From positions 34,949 through 98,948 of the forward strand of contig CAOJGQ010000001.1 in the NCBI GenBank assembly GCA_948435375.1: a DNA stretch of 64,000 nt. The letters run 5' to 3'. The stretch is from an uncultured Candidatus Saccharibacteria bacterium. Lineage in GTDB: Bacteria; Patescibacteriota; Saccharimonadia; Saccharimonadales; Saccharimonadaceae. Within the stretch, counting starts at the first letter, position 1. Every line of letters begins with the position of its first letter. Shown one piece after another: positions 17,234 through 25,435 of the stretch. The position numbers were made by a program, and so were the translations under genes. Below the pieces are notes generated by a model that saw only the letters and a program-made list of their open reading frames with translations, did no database searches and was not told the DNA's origin.

Positions 17234-18439
17234 CTAAGCAGCCACGGGAACATAAATTTTCGGTTTCGTATAGCAGAAAACCGCCGTTGACGGTTCTTCC
17301 AGTTCAATGTCACAACCAACCACTTTAAGAACCGTACCAGTCTTATCACCCAACCAACGCGCAAAATCACACGCTTCGTTAAAATTCTCATCCTGTTTTA
17401 AAGCCGGACTCGACCAGAACGTTAAACTGTTACGTATCGACTGTGTCGTCTTGAGCTGTAGATCCATCAAGTGATAGCCATCGTCTTTGACGGTACGTTC
17501 TATCTGCATCATTAGCCCTAGCGCTTTATCTGGACAGCTTCGATAGTACGAAAATACCCCCATCGTGTGTACACCCATAAAGCGTCTCTGATTTTCTTCC
17601 GCCTGACAAAAATCTATTATATTCCTCGTATAGAAATCAATGTTATATCTCGGAATTCGCGTATGTTTCTCATCGATTTTCTGTACATTCTTCGCGCCAG
17701 CCACCAGTGGCAACCACTCATTAGCACAACGCGGATCCATATCAACTGCAGAAATATGACAATTCTGCGTTAATTTCTCAAGCGGGACATTTTTCTGTAA
17801 CAGCCACGGTGCCATCACGCCCGCCCCCAGTAAAGCTAATTCCCACTCTGCGTTCAAGTGATAGTCTGTCGCAATCGCTTTCTCCACTTCGATTGCACCT
17901 CTTCGACGCACACCGACACAAATTGCTTCCCATATAATATGGAAGCAAGCAAGATCTTCCAGCGGCACCCAGCGGAAATTACCAAGAATATCATACGCTT
18001 TGCCATACGCAATCGCTAGAGCCATCGCATTCGCCCCTCTCAATACATATGGCAATATGAACAATGACCTATATCCGTAGTCGAGCATAATCTCAGTTGT
18101 CGCCGGCTGTTCCCGTAAAATCTTCTGTGCCTCCGGCCAACACCGATCCAGTGCTGCAACAATCTGCTTCCGCTGTTGTCCTTCAACTCCGGCTTCTGGA
18201 TCATCGAGCCAAAAATGTTTCATCTTGGCATAGACCGCTTGAACCTTGTACTCTGGAGTACCGCTATCAACATACATATAATGTATGGCAATATAGTACT
18301 GAGAGTCCTTCAATCGATTCTGCTGCATGAAGCCGCAACCGTGCATCACCTCATCTGGAGAGATGGACTCAAACGTCTTCCCGTGTAGCTCCTCTCTTGT
18401 TAAAGTACCTTCTTTTTTTGTAATAATTGCGTTCTGCAA
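17234..18439 (-). CDS. Hypothetical protein, possibly a class I SAM-dependent methyltransferase fold
   Basis: 401 aa. Upstream lie a promoter (TAGACA, 17 nt, TAAAAT), an AAGGAGGTG Shine-Dalgarno and a TTG start. LALLGAGVMAPW, then ISAVDMDPR, then FMGVHTMGVFSYY resemble methyltransferase motifs I, II and IV. The function is unverified. Confidence 0.4.
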   Translation of the reverse strand: MQNAIITKKEGTLTREELHGKTFESISPDEVMHGCGFMQQNRLKDSQYYIAIHYMYVDSGTPEYKVQAVYAKMKHFWLDDPEAGVEGQQRKQIVAALDRCWPEAQKILREQPATTEIMLDYGYRSLFILPYVLRGANAMALAIAYGKAYDILGNFRWVPLEDLACFHIIWEAICVGVRRRGAIEVEKAIATDYHLNAEWELALLGAGVMAPWLLQKNVPLEKLTQNCHISAVDMDPRCANEWLPLVAGAKNVQKIDEKHTRIPRYNIDFYTRNIIDFCQAEENQRRFMGVHTMGVFSYYRSCPDKALGLMMQIERTVKDDGYHLMDLQLKTTQSIRNSLTFWSSPALKQDENFNEACDFARWLGDKTGTVLKVVGCDIELEEPSTAVFCYTKPKIYVPVAA

Positions 18440-18647
18440 TATTACACACCTCCTTGAATATACTATAACCAGTTCATCCCTGATGACTGATTACGTATCA
18501 TCATTTTAGCACCTCGACTTTTTTCTGTCTACCTAGTAACATTCGTAAACTTCTACCCCATAATCGTGAAAAACTTGAAAAAAGCTTAACCACCATATAC
18601 AATATATAGTAAATATCGATATAAATTGCTAAACAGGGTCATTTACG

Positions 18648-20915
18648 ATGCCAAGGGAAAAATACAAGCAAAAACTTATGAAACATCGCCTTTGCTCAAT
18701 CGCTCGTTTCACTGCGTGCGCCTCATTTTTAATTCTAACTATTGTCGCCGTCTCTTCGCTAGTGCGTGCTATGTCACTCGAAGCTGTCCAAAACGAAAAT
18801 GGCATCCCCGCTAGTTGGAAGGCCGCCTCACTTGGTAATCCAGACACTATTACCGTTCCTATCACCTACTGGGACCAACGCGAAGACGATTGCAACGACC
18901 CAAATCGACAATTCGAATGGAGCAATTGCCGCCTCTACGCTAAGGGCATTATCCAAGGCGTAGTCCGCGATCAACTCGGTGCTGACGGTTTGCCCGTCCC
19001 GACTTACGCCAACAATATCGATGCCTGGAACGCTTATCACGACGTTTTCACCGCCAACGTTACTGGTAACAATCCAGTTCAGCCCACTGATAATTTCTAT
19101 CGCTGGTTCCATGAAACTTCCGACCAAAACGGCAAACAACTTTCCAAAAAAATCAGCCGTGAAGTGACTTTTCGTCGCACCGGCAAAAACTCTTATGAAT
19201 ATGGAAGTAGGGGTACTTTCCCGCTCGATGACGTAAATTTTTCCAAAGACGACCCTGCCACCAAAACTGGTCACAACTTCCATTTTACCGCGCATATGCG
19301 CATCCCCATGAAAATCAGCGCCGACGGCACCGAACAATTCTGGTTTAGTGGCGACGACGATGTTTGGGTCTTCCTCAACGGCCAACTCGTACTTGATCTT
19401 GGCGGTCTCCATGCAGACACCGAAGGGAACTTCAAAATCGACCAAAATGGTAACGTCATTTCAACTGTCAACAACGTCAATACCGACCAAAATTGTCGCC
19501 AAACTCTTCCTAGCCCCCTTCAAATCGGCTACGACACTTATAACAGCCAGCTTGAAAACAAATGCCACCGCACCACTGCTACCAAAACCGTCAAAACTGG
19601 TCTCAAATCCGGCGACGTCGTCAACCTCGACTTCTTCTACGCCGAACGCAGTACTAGTGAATCTAACACTCGCATTGCAATCTCGAACATGAACTGGCCA
19701 ATTTCTGCCGACAGCGATCTCAAGTCCACCATTATCGGCAAAGTTGGCGACACCGAAAGCAAATTAGTCGAAAACATTGCCAGCATCACCAATCGCGACC
19801 CCGAACGCCCGCTCGATGTCAAACGTCTTGCCGCCTACGTTAGCGAAAATACCAACGAGACTCACCTCGATGGCACCACCGAAGATCACCACATCGATGG
19901 CTACGTCCCGCTCAATATTGAAACGCTCTATTATTCTGCCACGCCAAACGATCCTGATTCCTGGCAAAAAATCGGCATCTCCGTCCCATCTAACGACACC
20001 AGCGGCTTCACTCTTGACACTGTAATCAATCTTTCCCCCGCCGGCACTACGGGCGACACTATGTATTTCCGCTATTTCACCGAAACCTCTGAGCTATCTG
20101 GTCAAATGGACCAACAAATCAACTTCTACACCACCATGGACGGCGTTGCGGGTGTAACTTATGATTATGATACGGTCACTTATACCGGCCGCCCCACTTT
20201 CGATCAACCACCCACCTACATCGTTCACATCAAGTACGTCGATGAGGAAGGTAACGAAATTGCCGACGACTATACTGGTGAATTTTCGCCCGAAGACGAA
20301 TACAGCATTGATTCTCCATCGATTGACGGCTACACTCCAGACCAGCCCACGATTTCCGGTAAAGTCGAAAATGATGACCTCGAATATGTCGTCACCTACA
20401 CTAGAAACCCCGATCCAGTAATTCCAGTCGTCCCAACTCCAAATCCCGAACATCCCACGCCAACTCCCACTCCTACCACGCCACCCCGCATCTACCCACC
20501 TTCCAACATCATTGGCGACGCTTCCATGCTCTTCCTCAACCCGCTCGGTGAAATTGCTTATGTACCCAACACCGGTATTATCAGTGATGCCGCCTCTACT
20601 CTCTTCAACCAAGGTTTCGCTGAAGTTATACTCTCACAAGGCTTTGTCATGGTAACACTATTCCTCTTCGCTGGCTCCTTCGCCATCTATTTCTCCCTCC
20701 GTCGCTATCTCAGTCTCAACACGAACCCTGCCAAAGCTTCCACCTCTCGCTCTGCCGCCAAATCAGCCAAAACTTCTACTCGTTCAGCCAAAAAGACCAG
20801 CAAGAACAATAAAATGACTAAAACCATGAACAAAACCGCAAAAAGCTCCTCATCAACGAAGTCCCTCAAATCCGCCAGCCGCACTAAATCCAGTAGTGGA
20901 AAGCGCAAAAACTAA
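18648..20915 (+). CDS. Large surface protein / putative adhesin: signal peptide, fibro-slime (PA14-like) domain, MucBP-like repeat, Pro-rich linker, VPNTG sorting-like motif, TM helix and long basic tail
   Basis: FWFSGDDDVWVFLNGQLVLDLGGLH is the fibro-slime/PA14-type signature. IVHIKYVDEEGNEIADDY...IDGYTPDQPTISGKVENDDLEYVVTYT is MucBP-like. PTPNPEHPTPTPTPTTPP is the linker. VPNTG (20563-20577) is followed by a hydrophobic helix and a ~70-aa K/S/T-rich tail. Confidence 0.7.
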   Translation: MPREKYKQKLMKHRLCSIARFTACASFLILTIVAVSSLVRAMSLEAVQNENGIPASWKAASLGNPDTITVPITYWDQREDDCNDPNRQFEWSNCRLYAKGIIQGVVRDQLGADGLPVPTYANNIDAWNAYHDVFTANVTGNNPVQPTDNFYRWFHETSDQNGKQLSKKISREVTFRRTGKNSYEYGSRGTFPLDDVNFSKDDPATKTGHNFHFTAHMRIPMKISADGTEQFWFSGDDDVWVFLNGQLVLDLGGLHADTEGNFKIDQNGNVISTVNNVNTDQNCRQTLPSPLQIGYDTYNSQLENKCHRTTATKTVKTGLKSGDVVNLDFFYAERSTSESNTRIAISNMNWPISADSDLKSTIIGKVGDTESKLVENIASITNRDPERPLDVKRLAAYVSENTNETHLDGTTEDHHIDGYVPLNIETLYYSATPNDPDSWQKIGISVPSNDTSGFTLDTVINLSPAGTTGDTMYFRYFTETSELSGQMDQQINFYTTMDGVAGVTYDYDTVTYTGRPTFDQPPTYIVHIKYVDEEGNEIADDYTGEFSPEDEYSIDSPSIDGYTPDQPTISGKVENDDLEYVVTYTRNPDPVIPVVPTPNPEHPTPTPTPTTPPRIYPPSNIIGDASMLFLNPLGEIAYVPNTGIISDAASTLFNQGFAEVILSQGFVMVTLFLFAGSFAIYFSLRRYLSLNTNPAKASTSRSAAKSAKTSTRSAKKTSKNNKMTKTMNKTAKSSSSTKSLKSASRTKSSSGKRKN

Positions 20916-20938
20916 AGCTCCATTCTAGTCATTCCGGC

Positions 20939-21667
20939 ATGCCTCAAGATTCACCCGAGCCAAAAACCTGCAGAATCCGCGGGACTAAAATCACTTCACC
21001 CTATCCTGTTCAACTCACCCCCGCCGAGACTCGTCTCGCACACAGTCTCGAGCAACTCTTCCCAGCAGAAAACATTTTTGTCGACCTCTTCTTTCCCAAA
21101 CCCGATTTTGCCGACCCCTCCAGTTCCCAAGCCTACGGCAGTCGCTTTGCAAAATGCTCAACCCTACCCGACGTCAGTCTCACTCAAATTGACTGTCTCG
21201 CCCTTAGCGAACAAGGAATCTTCGTTTTCGAATCCAAAGATTTTAATGGCTGGATTTATGGTCGCGGCACCGACCGTTACTGGACCGAGACCATCAACTT
21301 TGGCCAAGAAAAACACCAATTCTACAATCCCGTGAAGCAAAATCAGCTCCACATCGCTGCCTTACAATGTTCACTTGCCAGCTATCAAAAACTCCACTCA
21401 AAAATCACTAATCCACCAGTTATCTCCGTCATCGTCTTCGGCTCCCGAACCACCCTAAAATCCATCACCAACCTACCGGAGAACTGCCATATTTGCACGC
21501 AACCCACACTACGCACTCTTCTCGGCCGCCTCCTCCAAGCTCAGAGCTCATCAATCAACAAAACGCAGCTTTCCGAACTCCGTAGCATTGTCAACCAAAG
21601 CCGCGTCATCCCCACCCTTTCCACGCGCCAAGTCCATATCAGCGAAACTCCACGTTCTCCAAACTAG
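20939..21667 (+). CDS. NERD (nuclease-related) domain protein
   Basis: IDCLALSEQGIFVFESKDFNGWIYGRGTDRYWTETINFGQEKHQFYNPVKQNQLHI matches the NERD-domain core pattern. Confidence 0.6.
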   Translation: MPQDSPEPKTCRIRGTKITSPYPVQLTPAETRLAHSLEQLFPAENIFVDLFFPKPDFADPSSSQAYGSRFAKCSTLPDVSLTQIDCLALSEQGIFVFESKDFNGWIYGRGTDRYWTETINFGQEKHQFYNPVKQNQLHIAALQCSLASYQKLHSKITNPPVISVIVFGSRTTLKSITNLPENCHICTQPTLRTLLGRLLQAQSSSINKTQLSELRSIVNQSRVIPTLSTRQVHISETPRSPN

Positions 21668-21696
21668 CCTTTTAATCAGAATAAGTCTCTGGAATC

Positions 21697-22086
21697 CTAG
21701 GCTCTTTTCTCTAACATCTGATGCACCGAATCCCACTCTTCGCCATCAATCGTAAAGATACAGGCATCCTCTACTCGTGTTACTTTCTTATGTAGGCTAA
21801 TGATTTTTGCAAGCTCAAAGATAATCAGTGCCAAATACGCCAACGATGCCAAACACACAAATATCGTCCCCACAACTGCACCATCTGACGCACCCGCACC
21901 CGTCAATACTAGACACATCCACACAAAGAAAGCATAAATCACACTTGTCAATGATAATTCGCACACAATCGCCACTACTTCACGCATAAAATAACGATGA
22001 TTTGTCGCCAAAAGCAGACTTCGATCATCCAAATTTGCCTCAGTCTGTGCACCGTCTTTAATATTTGCCATAATCACTTCTCCCAT
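21697..22086 (-). CDS. Small membrane protein, unknown function
   Basis: 129 aa with two or three hydrophobic helices. The upstream promoter is TTGCGA, 17 nt, TAGAAT. Confidence 0.5.
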   Translation of the reverse strand: MGEVIMANIKDGAQTEANLDDRSLLLATNHRYFMREVVAIVCELSLTSVIYAFFVWMCLVLTGAGASDGAVVGTIFVCLASLAYLALIIFELAKIISLHKKVTRVEDACIFTIDGEEWDSVHQMLEKRA

Positions 22087-22210
22087 CGGTCGAACTTTCT
22101 GTTCACCTTAAATTATTGCCCTTATTCTACCAAAAAATCTCTCTATTCGCAAACATAAGATTTTTAGTAACTTGCCCTCCGGCTCTCAAGTTTTCAACAA
22201 AACGCCCATA

Positions 22211-22246
22211 CTAAAACAATAAAGTAGACATTATGTCTACTTTATT
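22211..22246 (-). terminator. Hairpin terminator downstream of tRNA-Gln
   Basis: A 12-bp stem pairs AATAAAGTAGAC (22218-22229) with GTCTACTTTATT (22235-22246). On the minus strand it is followed by GTTTTAG. Confidence 0.55.
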
Positions 22247-22249
22247 GTT

Positions 22250-22324
22250 TGGCTGGGGATGAGGGATTCGAACCCCCGAATGCCGGGACCAGAACCCGGT
22301 GCCTTACCACTTGGCGAATCCCCA
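22250..22324 (-). tRNA. tRNA-Gln (anticodon CTG), CCA encoded
   Basis: The 75-nt minus-strand sequence is TGGGGAT TC GCC AAGTGGTAA GGC A CCGGG TTCTGGT CCCGG CATTC GGGGG TTCGAAT CCCTC ATCCCCA G CCA. It folds as a cloverleaf by hand and resembles E. coli tRNA-Gln. An extended -10 (TGGTATAAT) lies upstream. Confidence 0.9.
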
Positions 22325-22410
22325 ACGGCTTACAAACCCAATTATACCACACTTTTCCAAAAACGGTGTTTCACTTTCTCGCGTTTTGTCACATAAAACC
22401 TACTATATAT

Positions 22411-22439
22411 AAAAAAATATAAAAAAATATAAAAAATAT
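22411..22439. repeat. Three tandem 10-bp phased A-tracts (aaaaaaatat x3)
   Basis: This is a direct reading of 22411-22439. It lies between the divergent tRNA-Gln and secE promoters. Confidence 0.85.
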
Positions 22440-22619
22440 CACAAAATCACTCTTTTTTCTTCCCAACGAGCGGAATCTATGCTAAAATAAACTTGACAGT
22501 CTGGTATCAGACTTTTTTTGATATACTAGGCTCACAAACACAAGAACCGACCAGACACAAAACTAAACAAACATCTTAGCAATCAAGCATCATCAAAGAA
22601 TAACTAAGAGTAATCAATT

Positions 22620-23081
22620 ATGACGAAGAAAAAATCATCCAAAGCCACCCGACGTGGCCTAGCGCAAAAATCCGATTCCGTCCACACCACCAAAATCGTC
22701 GCGAAAAGCAATGCGTCCGAAAAAGCCGTAAAGCCAGATCAAGCAACCGAACCGTCCGCCAAACCAGCTGATGCAGCTATTCCAGGCCAAAAGCTGAGCA
22801 AATCCGAACGCAAAGCCCGCAAAAAGAAATCTCAGCAAAAATCCGACCGTTCCACTGAAAAACCACTCCGCGAAGTCTTCTTGCTCGCTCGTCCCTTCGT
22901 TGCCATTGGTCGCTACTTGCGCGATTCTTGGCGCGAACTCCGGCTGGTCCGCTGGCCTAGCCGCGGCAACACCTGGAAAATGACCTTAGCCGTCCTAATC
23001 TATTGTGCAATTTTCATCGTTTTTATCGTCCTGATTGACAGTTTATTCACCTTTATTTTCAATTTATTATTAAGTCAATAA
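22620..23081 (+). CDS. secE: Preprotein translocase subunit SecE with a long basic N-terminal extension
   Basis: The C-terminus RELRLVRWPSRGNTWKMTLAVLIYCAIFIVFIVLIDSLF is the SecE TM and hinge region. It sits directly upstream of nusG. Confidence 0.8.
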   Translation: MTKKKSSKATRRGLAQKSDSVHTTKIVAKSNASEKAVKPDQATEPSAKPADAAIPGQKLSKSERKARKKKSQQKSDRSTEKPLREVFLLARPFVAIGRYLRDSWRELRLVRWPSRGNTWKMTLAVLIYCAIFIVFIVLIDSLFTFIFNLLLSQ

Positions 23082-23109
23082 CAATTCAGCCAAAAAGAGA
23101 GGAGATTTT

Positions 23110-23655
23110 ATGGCAGTAAACCGTTATGACGACACTCGCGCCTGGTACACCATCAGTACTTACAGTGGCTACGAGGACAAAGTCGCCGAAAGCATCAACC
23201 AACGCTTAGATAGCCCCGAATTCAAGGGAAAAATCTTCGGTGCTCTCGTACCAAAGGAAAAGCAAATCGAGATCAAAAATGGCAAGCGCAAAGTCGTTGA
23301 CCGCAAAATTTTCCAAGGCTACGTCCTTGTCGAAATGAGCCTTTCCGACGAAACCTGGTATATCGTTCGCAACACGCCTGGTGTCACCGGCTTCATCGGC
23401 AATGGTACTCAACCCACCCCAGTTTCCGAAAAGGAAATCGCCAAGATCAAAAAGCGCATGGGTGTCGAAGATCCAAAATATTCCGTCCACTACGAAATCG
23501 GCGAAGTTGTTTCGATTATTGATGGCCCATTCAAAGGCTTCGACGGCGCCATCTCCGAAATCGACACAGGCAAGGGCAAGCTCAAAGTCATGGTTTCCAT
23601 GTTTGGCCGCGAAACCCCCGTCGAGCTCGATGCGCTCCAGGTCAAACAGCTCTAA
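23110..23655 (+). CDS. nusG: Transcription termination/antitermination factor NusG
   Basis: It has the NGN domain (WYTISTYSGYEDKVAESI...FQGYVLVEM) and the KOW domain (GEVVSIIDGPFKGFDGAISEID). GAGGAG Shine-Dalgarno lies upstream. Confidence 0.93.
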   Translation: MAVNRYDDTRAWYTISTYSGYEDKVAESINQRLDSPEFKGKIFGALVPKEKQIEIKNGKRKVVDRKIFQGYVLVEMSLSDETWYIVRNTPGVTGFIGNGTQPTPVSEKEIAKIKKRMGVEDPKYSVHYEIGEVVSIIDGPFKGFDGAISEIDTGKGKLKVMVSMFGRETPVELDALQVKQL

Positions 23656-23708
23656 CCAAACCGAAACGAAATCATAGTCGACTAAATCGACTACTCCTAA
23701 AACACAGG

Positions 23709-23732
23709 AAGGACCTAGTAAACTAGGTCCTT
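23709..23732. terminator. Hairpin between convergent nusG and the 511-aa ORF (possible bidirectional terminator)
   Basis: AAGGACCTAG pairs with CTAGGTCCTT to form a ~9-10-bp stem. The flanking T/A runs are short. Confidence 0.45.
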
Positions 23733-23744
23733 TAGCGTCATATG

Positions 23745-25280
23745 CTAGTACGATTCCCCCGACGTTTCGTTGGTCGTTACAGACCAACACTGATCTTCCT
23801 CCGTCATCTTACGGTTCAGCTCCAGCGCCAGCCGATGCATCTTGTTCGTCACATCAGTCTTGCCGGTCTCGAACAGCTCTTCCCGCAGCCGCGGGTAATC
23901 ACCTCCCAAACTTTCGATATATTGCCAAACCTGCGTTGAACCGTTAAAATACACCAGATCTTTGCAGTTTGGCAGGTACCCCGTACCCCGGAAAGCGCGC
24001 GCCGTTTGTGCAAAAGCTAATTCCTGCGCCTTTTCCCGCCGTTCTCTCGTTGAGTGACCTTTAGTCTTGTCGCCAAGATAGAACATCCGCCAGCGAATCT
24101 CGAAGACTTCCCGGAAGTTTCGCCCGCCGAAATATGCCAAACCGATATTGACATAATGATCAATTCCGCCGAGCGCCTCCATGCCGCACTTATAGCGTAA
24201 GGCATTTTCGACGCATTTCGCGACCCCCTCATCGAACGCCTCATATTCCGGCATTCCATACGACAACATCTTAATCGGCGCATTCTCATACAGAATCCCG
24301 CGCACGATATGAGACCACTCATGACCCAAAATCAGCGCCTCAAGATCAGCAAAGTCATAATCGCCTCTAGCTCTTCGTCGAGGGATCTTGATACGTCGCT
24401 CGATTTGGTCGACCGAAAAAATCGCTCGCTCTTCATCAATTTCGACGCCAAATTTCGATTCCGGATATTCATTATCCAAAATCCGCTCCAACATGATTGC
24501 CACTTCGTCCGCACTATATGTTGGTTTCGGTTGTGGCAGATACTTCAACAACGGCCGCTGCCACATTTTCATCAAAGTCGAAAATGCTCGCACGGTAGAA
24601 GCCCGCGGAGTATAAACCGGCGTCTGATCCGGGTGCAAACGCTCATTCAAATCTTGCACCTCAAGATCCACTAATCTCAGTTCCAGCTCCAGTCGCACTT
24701 CCCAATCCGCTTCATCCAAATCTTCCTGTGAAAGTTGCCCAAGCTGATAATTCAGCAGTTTCAAAAAGATCTCTTCGTCCGGCTCACCATAGACCTTGGC
24801 GTTAAATTTCCGGTATCGAGCTTCCACCGTCTGTCGCGAAATTGTGTTATCCAAATTCGCAAACTGATCGAGATCGCTCGCCGCCTCCAGCAAACGCCAT
24901 TTCTGGTACACCTCGCTAAATAAATAATGTGCCAGTTTACGTTCCATATCGCTCAGCTGAGCGTACATAATTTCCAGGCTTAAGAGCCGACATCGTGCAA
25001 TATTTGCCTTGATTTTCGCTACATCGAGTTTCCCATAGACAAAACTCGGCCGCATCGGCGACATTTGCCCCGACTCATGCGTCAACAACAAATGCCTCGC
25101 GCATTCTAAGAACGATTCTTTCGCCTTCTGATAATTTGTTGGTTGCAACCATTCAGAAACCGTCACCCCCAGCTCCTCAATCTTGGTCAAAATCTCCAGA
25201 AACTGACTATGGCTATCCGTTCCTCCAGCTTTCTCCGCCGTGTTTATCAGCCCTCGCTGTTCTAACTCCTGATTCTTCAA
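23745..25280 (-). CDS. HExxH zinc-metallopeptidase-like protein, DUF1704/MATCAP-like
   Basis: 511 aa with a TTG start. It has LILGHEWSHIVRG (HExxH), then FDEGVA (compare the QEGLA-type motif), then ARAFRGTGYLPNCKDLVYFNGSTQVW. This order and spacing match what I remember of DUF1704. No HMM search was run. Confidence 0.5.
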   Translation of the reverse strand: MKNQELEQRGLINTAEKAGGTDSHSQFLEILTKIEELGVTVSEWLQPTNYQKAKESFLECARHLLLTHESGQMSPMRPSFVYGKLDVAKIKANIARCRLLSLEIMYAQLSDMERKLAHYLFSEVYQKWRLLEAASDLDQFANLDNTISRQTVEARYRKFNAKVYGEPDEEIFLKLLNYQLGQLSQEDLDEADWEVRLELELRLVDLEVQDLNERLHPDQTPVYTPRASTVRAFSTLMKMWQRPLLKYLPQPKPTYSADEVAIMLERILDNEYPESKFGVEIDEERAIFSVDQIERRIKIPRRRARGDYDFADLEALILGHEWSHIVRGILYENAPIKMLSYGMPEYEAFDEGVAKCVENALRYKCGMEALGGIDHYVNIGLAYFGGRNFREVFEIRWRMFYLGDKTKGHSTRERREKAQELAFAQTARAFRGTGYLPNCKDLVYFNGSTQVWQYIESLGGDYPRLREELFETGKTDVTNKMHRLALELNRKMTEEDQCWSVTTNETSGESY

Positions 25281-25329
25281 TCATACCACATCCTTTCTTT
25301 TAAGGTGCAAAAACACCCCCTATCCCTCC

Positions 25330-25358
25330 ATTATAGCACACATCTCGAAAAAAGTCAA
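25330..25358 (-). promoter_or_regulatory. Sigma70-type promoter of the 511-aa ORF (copy a of a repeated promoter module)
   Basis: The minus strand reads TTGACT (25358-25353), a 17-nt spacer, then TGC-TATAAT (25335-25330). Confidence 0.6.
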
Positions 25359-25435
25359 GCAATCCAGCAAATATCCACATCTTTCGGGCAAAAAACTAAT
25401 CCTGAACGAAAGCTAATCAAACATCTAAAAATCTT

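Noticed and set aside
22381-22440. Short tandem repeats that might have indicated a CRISPR array.
   Set aside because: The units are 10-bp A-tracts with no spacers. No CRISPR-like repeat-spacer periodicity exists anywhere in the window.
22493-22520. TTGACA followed by a GTCTG-GTAT-CAGAC hairpin and T7, considered as a tiny sRNA or an orphan terminator upstream of secE.
   Set aside because: TTGACA is 23 nt from the TATACT -10, so it is not a functional -35 for it. Any transcript from the upstream TGCTAAAAT would be only about 30 nt long. The most economical reading is an insulating hairpin in front of the secE promoter. There is not enough evidence for a gene.
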